Shown here piece by piece: positions 10,487 to 22,206 of a stretch of 64,000 nucleotides of DNA. The position numbers and the translations under genes are program-made. Each line of letters starts with the position of its first letter. The stretch's first letter is position 1. Source of the DNA: Paraphysomonas bandaiensis (lineage: Eukaryota; Protista; Chrysophyceae); assembly GCA_965644295.1 (NCBI GenBank), contig CBFFRP010000446.1, positions 1 through 64,000 on the forward strand, written 5' to 3'. The notes beneath the pieces are model-generated. The model was not told where the DNA came from. It searched no databases and was given only the letters and a program-made list of their open reading frames with translations.

Positions 10487-13400
10487 CTATAGTAGAGAAA
10501 CAACACCACTATTGGATCTGTTGGACCGAGCACTTGACAAAACTTTATCAAGAAGAAAGTTTCTATTGGAAGATTCCTTCTCCCGCCTATTCGCAAGTTC
10601 TTGTTCGACTCGCGAAGCCGATACAACATTAGCTGAAGAAAAAGCTAGTTTCGGAATCTGATCCAAGGAATGGGGGATCAGCAAATTTGGCACTGACGAC
10701 TGTTGATTGGATGTCGACTCGTCGCGATAAACTCTCATAACACCACCCGTGAGTGTATCTACTAAACTGTATGAACTTTTCTCTAGCTCCAACAAAACTG
10801 CCTTGTCATCACACTGAACTTCCATCCACCCGCTCCAATAGTCATGCCTCAAATCTGGCGAGTCGACCGATTTCACACTAACCTTTGCTGCCTTGATGGT
10901 GACACATATCTCCATACCCCACCAGCTTTGGAAGCACCATGCAACAACAGAGGACATTTGTCTTACTTGATACCCTGCCCCAGGTCCAAAACGGACACTG
11001 GCCTGCGTGAGCAATGAAGAAACAGAAGAATGCACAGGTCCAGAGCAAGTTGTAAAGTGGCGGTGGTTCGCAACAGCAATCTCATCAGAAAGGTTTCCTA
11101 TATATGCATCCTTATCTGGAACGGGTGTTGTGGACACTACCAATGGGTGTTGTGAAAGCACAGGTATTCTACATCCGCGCCTCAGCCTGTTGTGTACAGA
11201 TAAATAAACATCCTTCGGAATTCCGCCCATAAGTGTAGAAGCACTACCAGCAACAGTGCGCATCATTGATGACAAAGCTCCTCCACCATATGGCACCAGC
11301 ATAGCGCATAACGGTATCGAGAAGGGAATGCAATCAAATTTTGCGATTTTAGCAGATTCACAGTCTCTGAGTTTTTTCTTCACTTCGGACTCGTGACCTA
11401 GATGAAAAAGTTCGTACAACAGCCCTTCAAGATAAACTTAATGCATACTTACCTTCGGTAGCATCAGCGTCTTGGACACTTGGGGTACGAGGTATAGTGA
11501 AAACTTCAATGGAACTGGCATCTGCAATCAACTCTCGGTACTCGATTCGCAAGACAACAAACAAGGCAGCTAAAGCGTTAATACTAATGGTAAAACTTCT
11601 ATCCACAATGGCCCCGGGTAGGAAGTAGTCCACGCCTTCAACACTAGAACCAAGTCGGTTAGCGTCTAGTGATGCATGTGTGAGTGGATCGTTCGCCTGA
11701 TGTTGCTCCGATAAACTAAGCAGCAGCTGAAGAGAAAAAACTGGAACCTTGAATCCACTGCTGTTAATAATACGAAAACAGACACGAACAGTTCGTGTAC
11801 ACGGATCACAAGATGAAATTGCAGCAAGTACAGTGAACATGTCTGAGGAACCATTGAGCTGCATCCATTGTCGCATGTCGCCCGCATCATTACTCTGTGC
11901 AAACATTTCAGAGCGACCAAACAGATCTGCAGGTGCATTTACTGGCAGCTGGGACAGCATCCCGCTCGGAACACACAAGTGCGAATCAATAACATCGTCA
12001 ACAACTGCTACAATATCAGCCGTGCTCACTCGCTTCTCTACTTGGGAGTGCACATTAGTGACACCTTCCTCATGGAAATCATCCGAATATCTTGTTGCGG
12101 TGGCAGTAAAGGCCCCAAATTCTTCTGCAATGTCAATAGACAGAGGGAACTCGCTCTTAGTCAGAGTGCACCATAAGGCATCCGCAGCATTTACTCCACC
12201 CCCATCTCGACCCAGAACACCAGTGCTAGACCGGCGCCGAACCGAATGATGCCGGTGCTTATCACCACCAGTGAACACATCAGCCATACTATTGTCGTAT
12301 GTCGTGAAAGGTCCACTCTCTTTCCGATTTAGCACGGCAGAAGACACCTGACTCTTCTTTTGAGGACTAGGCTCCTCCACTTTGACGGCGCTCGGGCGTC
12401 TCACAGAATTTGCGACTTCCTCCGAACAATGAGCCTTGACACGCCTGAGGGCAAGAGCTAAGCGGTGCTCAACAGACGGACAGACAGTATGGTGGTTCCT
12501 CCTGCCTTCTGTAAGACAGAGAGACTCGAACTCATACAGAACTCTCAGGGCACTCTCAGCTGCGGCGTCACTGTGGTGAAATACTAGTCTTTCGATAGTC
12601 GAAAGTGTCTGAAAAAGCTGAGGGGTATAGAGAAAGGGGTGTGGAGGATGTCCAGATATCCATCCCCCAAGATTTCCTTTACTTGCTTGGCTATTCACAG
12701 AGTCGTTGAATCGTTCCCTCTCATTGACTCGAAGAAGCTTGCTGCGAAGGATAGACATGATCACTTTGCACTTCACATCAACGTCCACAAACATCGACTG
12801 CGCATACTGACACAAAAGGCTTATGAACTGCATGCGTGCGTTTTCTGATGGCACGACCTTTGTACCCTCGTACAAAGTTAGCAGTGCACACACAGCATCT
12901 ACAAACGCATCTTTCGCCCAAGACAGCGACCGCTGCACTCTTGTTGCAGATACAAAGTCATCCCCCGCCGCACTGGAACTAATCGGGGTCAAAAGTTCGG
13001 ACATACATGATATGAGTTCCACGTATGCAAGCTGTGCTGACTCCCCTGCCATGCCTCCAGTAGGCCATAATACACACCTAGCAAAAGTATAATAAACACA
13101 CGCAAACCAAAACATGTAAACCCTACTTGTGTGATGATCGCAATACAAACATGGCACAGGCGATGAGGTTATCCAACTGTTCAAAAGCCTTGCCGTCATT
13201 TCTTGAATAGCTCTGCGAACTGTTATCAATAGCATCACTTCCCTCAGATACATGCTGCATATCAGACGACCGTACAGTGGAGTTGAAGAGCTCAGCATAG
13301 CATCCAATACCGCCAAATGGTGGTTTCTGTTTCCTCTCAGACGGGGCCTCGTTGGGGCGTTTACTGGATCCATTCGCTTGCAAGCTCTGTACTACATTCG

Positions 13401-15217
13401 AAGCAGAACCAGAACTGCTTTCGATGACATAAGCCAGTGTATTCGGAAGGAGCTTAACGATGGCACGACATAAAGATAGAGTAAGCCTCTCCCGCAGACA
13501 ACTCGTTCCCTGTCCTTCCGCCCCACCTCCAGGTGTTTTTGAGACAGGATCAACAAGGAAAGCCGCTGTGATCTGCGGATGGCTGAGTAGACTGTGAAGA
13601 GCCTCGGGATGAGCAATATGTCCTCCGCCCTCCACGTCTATAAGCAGAAGAACAGCAGCCTCAGAGAAAAGCTTTGAACGTGACGTGTCATCCCTTATAT
13701 GAGTACAAATATGAGTCAGCAGCAGCGGTAAGAATTCCGCGATAGTGGTCCTGGGAGAATGACGACAGGCTATCAACGACCAGGGTATCAGGTGCTCGTA
13801 ACTTGCTACAAAATCAAGGGGGCTGGATTCTGTATCTCTATGAAGAGAGTGCTGCGGAGATTGCTCGATGATGCGGTGCACGTTTTCAACAATAGCCGGA
13901 CAAACCTACACAACACTGTCACTGCACAGCACTCATACGTAAAACAGAAGGGGACACACCTTTCCTCTTAAATGCGCCAGAAAGCGACATTGAAGAAGCA
14001 TTAGACACGAGCTAACCGCAATGCCCACCTCTCCCGGCACAGGCGAGGCGAGTGCATACATTAGATGCCGCAAGATCCACTCCTGCGGTCAAAGAAAGCA
14101 GGGACTGTGAAAATGGCAAAGGAAATATAGTAGATACCAGTACCTCGGCTAGATCAATTATTCCAACATTTAGTTGAACAGCTCGAGATGCGGCAGTATC
14201 ATCAATGTCTTCCACAGCACCGAACTGCATGGCAGGGGTGTCATCAAACTTCAGAATACAGGCCTCCGCGGTGCCTTGTCCAGAATCAGGGAGCGCAGAG
14301 AGTAATGCAAAAATGAGGTGAGACATACACGATACTGCCCCGGCATGAAATGGAATCTGGTCGTAGCGGGAAAAGAGCAAAAAAGGGTCAGCAAGCATAG
14401 TAGGCAACACTTGCTGCAAAAGGAGGGAGGCGGAAGCGGAGCAGGCACGCGAGTCGGGTTCGCTCTCATCCGGCGGGGAAGAAAGGGCTTGTCCCATGAG
14501 ACCAGCAGTCCACACATGCAACCCCCCAGCATCTCCAGTATACCGTTCCAGGAGCTCACCAATTACCTGAAAATATGCACCTGTGGTATGGGAATGATCG
14601 GGGAGAAGTTGCCCTGGTTCGAGGCCAGGTGCTTGACCCACCACGCCATCTGCAAATACTTTAAATAGCTCTGATATAAAGTCGCATATTTCATCTCTAT
14701 ATCGCCTGGCCTCTGAGGAGGATTCAAATTGAATGAATCCGTCGACACTATTAGCGCTTTGAACAAACATCCATACATCAATAAGAAGAGGTCCCATCGC
14801 CTCAACCGCAACAGCAGATATGTTTATATTCTCTGACAAACAACACGACTTAATAACTGACATGCCGTCTTTGGACCCTATGAAGCGAACGATCTCCTGT
14901 ATGGGCAGTGCTGCGAGTACAGAGATGGCCGCAGAAAGACACGAGGCTGACTCCGCAGTGCCCATCTCAGTGACAACAGCCGCCCTCACCTCCGACCACC
15001 TCACGACCCTATGAGCGTATATCCCTTCCATGCAATGAAAGGAAACAGTCCGTACATGAGTTGACTTCTCACAGCTGAGTCCTCTTTCAATGAGGGCAGA
15101 CAAGAGGTCGTCAGTGTGGTGGCTGCCATACGACGCGCTCATTATCATACCCAGAGACTCTAACTGCTTGCTAGGGTCCTCACTGCGGAGAAGAGTTACG
15201 GCCAGAGAGTAGTCCAT
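10487..15217 (-). CDS. TPLATE-like (TSET complex beta subunit) / beta-adaptin-COPB-like protein, multi-exon
   Basis: Colinear minus-strand ORFs 14012-15217, 13123-13881, 11427-13373 and 10487-11419. N-terminus LRSEDPSKQLESL resembles TPLATE LRSNDALRQSSAL; QLNGSSD followed by a beta-sandwich resembles the LTGSSDP appendage of TPLATE/beta-COP. Exon limits approximate. Confidence 0.7.
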
Positions 15218-15316
15218 GTTGCCGGCCGAGAGGGTTGATGTGATATATCGACACCACTATACTGAAATATACATACGCCAAACTCCATAACTAACACACA
15301 CACACACGGTAAGATA

Positions 15317-15328
15317 TACATACATACA

Positions 15329-15360
<32 letters not shown>

Positions 15361-15557
15361 CATACATACATACATACATACATACATACATACATACATA
15401 CATACATACATACATACATACATACATACATACATACATACATACATACATACATACATACATACATACATACATACATACATACATACATACATACATA
15501 CATACATACATACATACATACGTACATACATACATACATACATACATACGTACATAC
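15317..15557. repeat. (CATA)n microsatellite between divergent genes
   Basis: About 60 tetranucleotide units seen directly. Confidence 0.99.
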
Positions 15558-15711
15558 CATACTCCTGCTATGTACATGCTGGTCGTGTCCATCTGCATCC
15601 TGGAGGGCTACTCTGTGCGTACGGATGGCTATTCTTGAGGTGAAGTGGAGGTGAAGATGTTCGTATGTGTGTTATGTGTGTGTATTCAGGGATGTTTTGA
15701 GTGGTGTGTGT

Positions 15712-16575
15712 ATGATGTCAGAGGAGTTCGCACCTGATATTCCCGCCTATCTCAATCGCATCAATATGAGTGATGAGGTGGATGTGTCTGTGAGGTCTCT
15801 GCGTGCTATTCATATGCACCACACCCTCTCAGTGCCCTTCGAGAACACAGACATCCATATACAGGACAGCAACAGCAGCAGCATCAAGACCAACAGCCAT
15901 AACAGGGGCATCAGCATCAGTCCAGTGGATATACAGCGTAAGATAGTGTATGAGGGCAGAGGCGGTTACTGCTTTGAGCAGAGTACGCTGCTGTATTACG
16001 TATTACGGCGCATGGGCTTTGAGGTGTGTCGAATGGGGTGCCGTGTGCGCTATCAGGTCCCTGATGGTGTTGATACTGGGAAACTTCATATGGTGCTTAT
16101 TGTCGATCTAGAGGGATCCCGCTGGCTCGTGGATGTTGCATTCGGTAGCATGACACCCACGTATCCGCTGAACATGGGCAGTACAGAGGAAGTGAACTCT
16201 CCCTACGACCCTCCAAGACGACTGACTTTCAGTGGTGAGTTAGGTGCACATGAAGCAAAGCTGAACGGAGAGTGGAGAACTTTATATGTTTGGGAGTCAC
16301 GTGTATTTACTCTACAAGACGCTCGGGTGTGCAACTGGTTTGCGTGCACTAACGAGGATTGTATATGCACTCAGGTTCTGATGCTAGCCCGCATCACAAC
16401 TGAAGCCCGGTACACCCTTCTCAACAGCGAGCTTAATGAATGGTATCACGATGGCACTAATCGGAAGCACAGGATCTCTACTTCCGGTGAGCTTCTGGAA
16501 AAAATGAAAGAGTACTTTTGTATATCTCTACCACCTGGTACCGTCATTGGCAACCCTCCCTTTCCTCGTGTGTAG
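15712..16575 (+). CDS. Arylamine N-acetyltransferase family protein
   Basis: VPFEN, GRGGYCFE (catalytic Cys), HMVLIV (His) and WLVDVAFG (Asp) motifs; intronless. Confidence 0.95.
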   Translation: MMSEEFAPDIPAYLNRINMSDEVDVSVRSLRAIHMHHTLSVPFENTDIHIQDSNSSSIKTNSHNRGISISPVDIQRKIVYEGRGGYCFEQSTLLYYVLRRMGFEVCRMGCRVRYQVPDGVDTGKLHMVLIVDLEGSRWLVDVAFGSMTPTYPLNMGSTEEVNSPYDPPRRLTFSGELGAHEAKLNGEWRTLYVWESRVFTLQDARVCNWFACTNEDCICTQVLMLARITTEARYTLLNSELNEWYHDGTNRKHRISTSGELLEKMKEYFCISLPPGTVIGNPPFPRV

Positions 16576-17331
16576 AATGATCGAGTGATATGACTGTACT
16601 CTGCACCAAAAGTGGATGAGAAGTTGCGTTTTCTTCCGTTATTGAGGTTTATTAGCCAGGGGGCGATAACAATACATTGCAATATATTGTCAGCAAAATA
16701 TATAATATTGTACCTACTTTTCTCTTAATCACCTATATTATTTTACGTTATTTAAGCGCAGCGAAATATACGAAAGAAATATATTATTCAAGTATTCCAC
16801 ATCATCAAAATGATTGACTTTATTATTCTAATCTTGGTTTTAATTTATCAAGTGGACGAAAAGCGTCTAATATTAAATTCAATTCTGGGTTCAACAACGA
16901 CTGCGTTGACTATATGTTTATAGTATTTACCTTGCCAAACCTAATATTCCACACACACCTAACCATCAATTAACAATTAATGATTCAAATGAGATTTATG
17001 GCTATTCTTAGTGTCTTAGTAATGAAAGATACACTTCGTATTATTACAAGATAAAGGATAAAGATTGATTATTATTGAAGAATAAAACCTAATAGTCTAA
17101 TAGCAAGACACATTTGAACAGAGCGTTAGCACCACATACTTTTGATATTTGAGTATCTGACAGTCGCGTATCTTACATAGTCCGGTAATTATTCAGTTAA
17201 TTGCCATTTCATTATGTATTTGTTGTATTCACGTGTTGAGAGATATACGTGAATTGGTGAATTTTAACGGATAATGAGATACACTTTCGGCTTCGCAATC
17301 ATGAGAACCAATCAAGTGCCACAGCCTACTT

Positions 17332-18027
17332 GTACTCGTATACATAACACATATAATGAAAGTCTTATTATTAGCAATAGGCGTTAAAATCCTGCACCAA
17401 CTTAGTAGCTAGATGAATGCTAGTCAACCTACTAGTAGTTAGACCTCTACCCGTAACTAATCAGTACACACTTTTTTTATCCTACTATACGCTACGGAAG
17501 CTGCTTGTGCGTCGCCGCAAGCACCAAGGTGCGACCACTTCCGCTCTGAGTTCTTAAGGTGAACATCCAGATGCTTGACTTCAGCAGGCAGCCCAATACC
17601 CCGGTTACCCTTGAGGTGGGCCCATTCCGGATGCCTGTTTATTCGTCAGGGCCCAAAGACGTCTACACAAGTGACACTTATTTTAGTGTCCCTTGTACCA
17701 CGCAAGCATTCGGCTATGAGTGGGCAGAACAATATCTGCTGATTATGTTGGCGGCTCACGTTAGTTTCCCAGAGTGAATCTCTCCGGTACTTATCCCCCA
17801 GAACACCACGAAAAGGTGCGAGTCCGACTGTGTTGAAAGATACATAACACACACCGATAGCAGAAAAGACTATTAGAGGAATCGCTATCTCATGAGCAGG
17901 CAGAGACATCGTAAACAATCAAAATATCTGACAGATTAGATACGCTGCTTCTGCCTCATTCCTTCTGATGGCTTATCGACGACAGACATAACATCCACAG
18001 CTATAGAGCATGCTGGTGGTATGTATA
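17332..18027 (-). pseudogene. Duplicated 5' fragment (UTR plus first ~26 codons) of the DUF599 gene, interrupted by retroposon copy C
   Basis: 17332-17351 plus 17852-18027 match 19162-19352. Flanked by a 31-bp direct repeat (17301-17331 / 18028-18058). Confidence 0.9.
17352..17839 (-). mobile_element. Structured non-coding retroposon, copy C (488 bp, best preserved)
   Basis: Perfect 12-bp TSD ATACATAACACA (17340-17351 / 17840-17851); the empty site is visible in the parent gene at 19170-19181. Confidence 0.95.
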
Positions 18028-18381
18028 ATGAGAACCAATCAAGTGCCACAGCCTACTTCGTTATATTTTATATTGGGCTCAATATTCCGCAATAGAATTA
18101 TATCATCCATGTTTCCGTTCTAAACAACATTTTTAGAATTTTGAGGGACTAACAGCTTTCTAGAAAGATGAAAATATAATCTAGTTTTAGGCACCTTTCG
18201 CTAAATGTGCTTCTAAAGAATTATGTGCGTAAAATGCACACGTAAGTTTCAATGGGCTCAACACAAATTCAATTAACGATATCCAATGTATGGATTGCGA
18301 AATATCATACCTAAGACTTCGATCGGATGACATGCATGGAACTAGAGTACATACAATGTTTCACAACTTCTTGATATTCCA

Positions 18382-19239
18382 TCAAACAGACTTCAACAAA
18401 CTCTTGGTGCCATCTGCTTCCCGCTTTTTATCACTTTCATCAACAGCACTACCCAACTCAACATCTGACACCATGCTGCTTGAATTCATGCACTTCTCGA
18501 ACTCATCCATCTCATTCTGCATCCATCTCAGTCGCTCAAAATTCCGCAACATGAACATATAGATTGGGGCTACTGCCAGTAACGCCCAAGGAGAAAATAC
18601 CCAGGCGAAGAGAGGAACACAAAAGTAGTACATTCTTATCCCTTTATATGAAATTCAATGATATATTAAAACAATAAGGAGATAAAAACGCAGCGTACCA
18701 GTAGAATAAAACGCGTGCGCTTTATTAAATACAGCACTGATAACCGACAGAGGTAATGGCTTCCCTTTGATCTCCTTAACGTTTATCATGAAGCTGCACC
18801 AATGTATTAACTTAATACATGGCAGAAAAAGCACTTACTGCAAGTGAACCGCATATCTCGTAGATAAGAAGAATACAAAAAATATTCCCAAAAATAGTAC
18901 AATACACAATGCAAGCTTGACTAAAGTAAGGTTCCGTCGAGAAGAGTGGTCATCAGTGGCTATTTGAGCAGCAAATCCAGCAAAAACAGTTGCAAGCAAA
19001 ATGGAGTTTCCAGCAAAGAAAATCGTCACTCGAAGATAGTCTCTCGTCGTATTACACGCCGCTTGACCAGTGAGATGGTTCTGTCTTACCCACCCTATGC
19101 GCATCTCCTTAAAAAAACCAAGAGCTTTAGTGTCATTGTTGCCTAAGAAGGTGCCTTGTCGGTACTCGTATACATAACACACACCGATAGCAGTAAAGAC
19201 TATTAGAGGGATCACTATCTCATGAGCAGGCAGAGCCAT
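18382..19239 (-). CDS. DUF599 family membrane protein (3 exons)
   Basis: Hydrophobic helices; spliced reading STRYAVH..FMINVK..VFNKAHAFYSTG..IRMYYFCVPLFAWVFSPW is typical of DUF599. Confidence 0.8.
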
Positions 19240-19440
19240 CGTAAACAATCACAATATCTGACAGATTAGATACGCTGCTTCTGCCTCACTCCTTCTGATG
19301 GCTTATCGACGACAGTCAAAACTCAGCTAGAGAGCATGCTGCTGGTATGTATATGCAGCGCCACTGTCGTACTTCGATCTTACGTCAACCGCCATACAAA
19401 AAAAATCCTCCAAAATTTGACTCATGTACACTATATGGAC

Positions 19441-20227
19441 GTATGTGTGTATGTATGTATGTATGTATGTATGTATGTATGTATGTATGTATGTATGTAT
19501 GTATGTATGTATGTATGTATGTATGTATGTATGTATGTATGTATGTATGTATGTATGTATGTATGTATGTATGTATGTATGTATGTATGTATGTATGTAT
19601 GTATGTATGTATGTATGTATGTATGTATGTATGTATGTATGTATGTATGTATGTATGTATGTATGTATGTATGTATGTATGTATGTATGTATGTATGTAT
19701 GTATGTATGTATGTATGTATGTATGTATGTATGTATGTATGTATGTATGTATGTATGTATGTATGTATGTATGTATGTATGTATGTATGTATGTATGTAT
19801 GTATGTATGTATGTATGTATGTATGTATGTATGTATGTATGTATGTATGTATGTATGTATGTATGTATGTATGTATGTATGTATGTATGTATGTATGTAT
19901 GTATGTATGTATGTATGTATGTATGTATGTATGTATGTATGTATGTATGTATGTATGTATGTATGTATGTATGTATGTATGTATGTATGTATGTATGTAT
20001 GTATGTATGTATGTATGTATGTATGTATGTATGTATGTATGTATGTATGTATGTATGTATGTATGTATGTATGTATGTATGTATGTATGTATGTATGTAT
20101 GTATGTATGTATGTATGTATGTATGTATGTATGTATGTATGTATGTATGTATGTATGTATGTATGTATGTATGTATGTATGTATGTATGTATGTATGTAT
20201 GTATGTATGTATGTATGTATGTATGTA
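19441..20227. repeat. (TATG)n microsatellite between divergent genes
   Basis: About 195 units seen directly. Confidence 0.99.
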
Positions 20228-20274
20228 TCTTGGTGGTATAGATATGGTTATGGTGTCATATAAGTGTGTATGAG

Positions 20275-22032
20275 ATGGACTCGGACGATGTTTTGTGGGA
20301 TGATGTGTATATGGGAAGCAAGAGAGTATTCTTGCGGGCAGTTTCAGGGAGGAGTTATTGTTTTCGTTCCTGTGACTGGTCTCTGTGTGCGTCATCTGTG
20401 TCTGCGTCGGGCGGGATGTGTGAGGAGTATCCTGTTATGGTTCCGGGTGTTCCAGCTCTTGATTTTAAGGCTGATGAAGATGATATGTTAAGAGAGATGA
20501 GTGGTCCTCTGTCAGTTCCTCTCTTAAAGACACCTCACGACCCTCTCTGCTGTTGTGTGCCGTACTATGCTGTTGCTAGTGGTGTGCGCAGTGCACTGGT
20601 AAAGATTGACTCCACATGGTATCGTTTGAAAGGTTGTGGCAATAATGATGAAGGATTTCCAGTGAGGACACATCGTCGGCCCTCGACTGCTTCCGACACT
20701 GAGTCCTGGAGAGAAATTCGAGGCTGTACATTTGAGAATACCGCATACCGTGAATTGAATATGACTAGTAGTCTTTCTGCCACATTGGCTCCCTTGGGTA
20801 TCGTATCCGCGAATAAACCTACCGGCTGTTTCTTTTACGACCACCCCAATCAGCCCCTTGGGCCAAACTTTCCACCTGTTTGTGTTGTCGAGGCCACTAT
20901 TGGAGACAGGCGCTTCGGTTCCCATGTATTGGCGGGTATAGAGTTGATTCTCCCTCTTTTGCTTGAGGTGGACAAACTACAAGATACGGAGGTGCGTGCT
21001 CTGTTTCCCCCTATGCGCCCAGGTGTACGAGAATCAGTAGAAGGGTCAGGTTTTTGTAATTTCCCCTCCACTGGGGCCTTTATTACCGACTTCGCTCTTG
21101 GCACGTTGTTAATGGGACACGCAGAAGGAGCAAAAGGTATCCACTGGCCAGACCTTCCACGTGATTCTTCTACACTTGCCGATCTAACGCGGTGCCCCAC
21201 TGAGACTTTGCCTGAGAGAGCGCCACCAGTATCAGAACCTGCACCTCAGCAGTGGACGAACAGTGGTCACGTGGACATGTCTCCAAAGTGGATACCTGAA
21301 TGGAACAAGACCTGCAAGCTATTGAGTAAGCATTTGGAGACAATAAATAAGTCTTCAGGTCTGACGAAAGATGGTACTAACTCTGTGTTGGTCTATCTCT
21401 TTTCGCGATGTGGCTATGATGCTGGAAGAATTCTTGGAGGCATGCACAAACAGAATATTTCGTGGGGAACATTCCAAGACTCAATGTGTAGAAAGGTTAG
21501 TTACGTTTTTGTAATCTTCCTCGAGTGATAGTATGTATAGGATTTGGACGAGTGGCACTGTAATGCGCACGCGAATAATTTGGTTGTGATACCTGAAGGC
21601 CATATTCGATCGCCCCACCCAGGATATCAAGCACTCTTAAGCTTTCTTGACTTAGATATGGCTTTTAGCACGGATACTTTTTTAAACAGTAGTGGAGAAG
21701 AAGTAACAATAGGAATGAGCGAAGAGCAGTCGAAGCACTTAAGATGGCGGGAGTTTGTAAATATGATGGAGGTACTGGCAGGGAATGATAGCTCAACGGG
21801 TGTGCCGCAGGTTGCAAGGCCTACTGTGGAAGCTCAGAGTGATATTATTAAAGTAGTTAAAGCTGCTCTCTATGACACATTAGTACTGTCTTACACACGA
21901 GGGTACCAAGAGTGTTTGGACCAGTCTATTGCATGCCCCACTGGTGTGCCGTTTTATGATGAAACCATGCACAGTGCCGCTCATTGCATAATACGTCTAG
22001 CTATCATTGTAATGGCAAATTTTGTAGCTTAA
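20275..22032 (+). CDS. Uncharacterised protein with SelO/protein-kinase-like motifs (2 exons, intron ~21496-21540)
   Basis: YRLKGCG...RG...AYRE and GMH...NAHANNLVV...FLDLD motifs; in-frame GT-AG intron. Confidence 0.7.
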
Positions 22033-22140
22033 TATGCCAGTCTTAACTTGGATATATTTCACAGTGTGGTACTTAGACAACATTACTCTTGCTACAACTC
22101 TGTGATGGTCTTCACATCTGCTATTCAGACATCAATATGA

Positions 22141-22206
22141 TGTGATAACAAAGGTGCTATACAGCTTGTTTGTAACCCTATTCATCATCGACACACGAAG
22201 CACATC
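22141..22206 (+). mobile_element. Tiny relic of a different Copia element (RNase H end)
   Basis: Translates to CDNKGAIQLVCNPIHHRHTKHI, the Copia RNase H C-terminal signature. Confidence 0.8.

Noticed and set aside
17600-17655. Hammerhead ribozyme around CTGACGA (minus strand)
   Set aside because: No stem II followed by GAAA, and two copies read TTGACGA.
17559-17918. 72-aa and 90-aa ORFs
   Set aside because: Chance frames through the retroposon and the duplicated DUF599 fragment; not conserved among copies.
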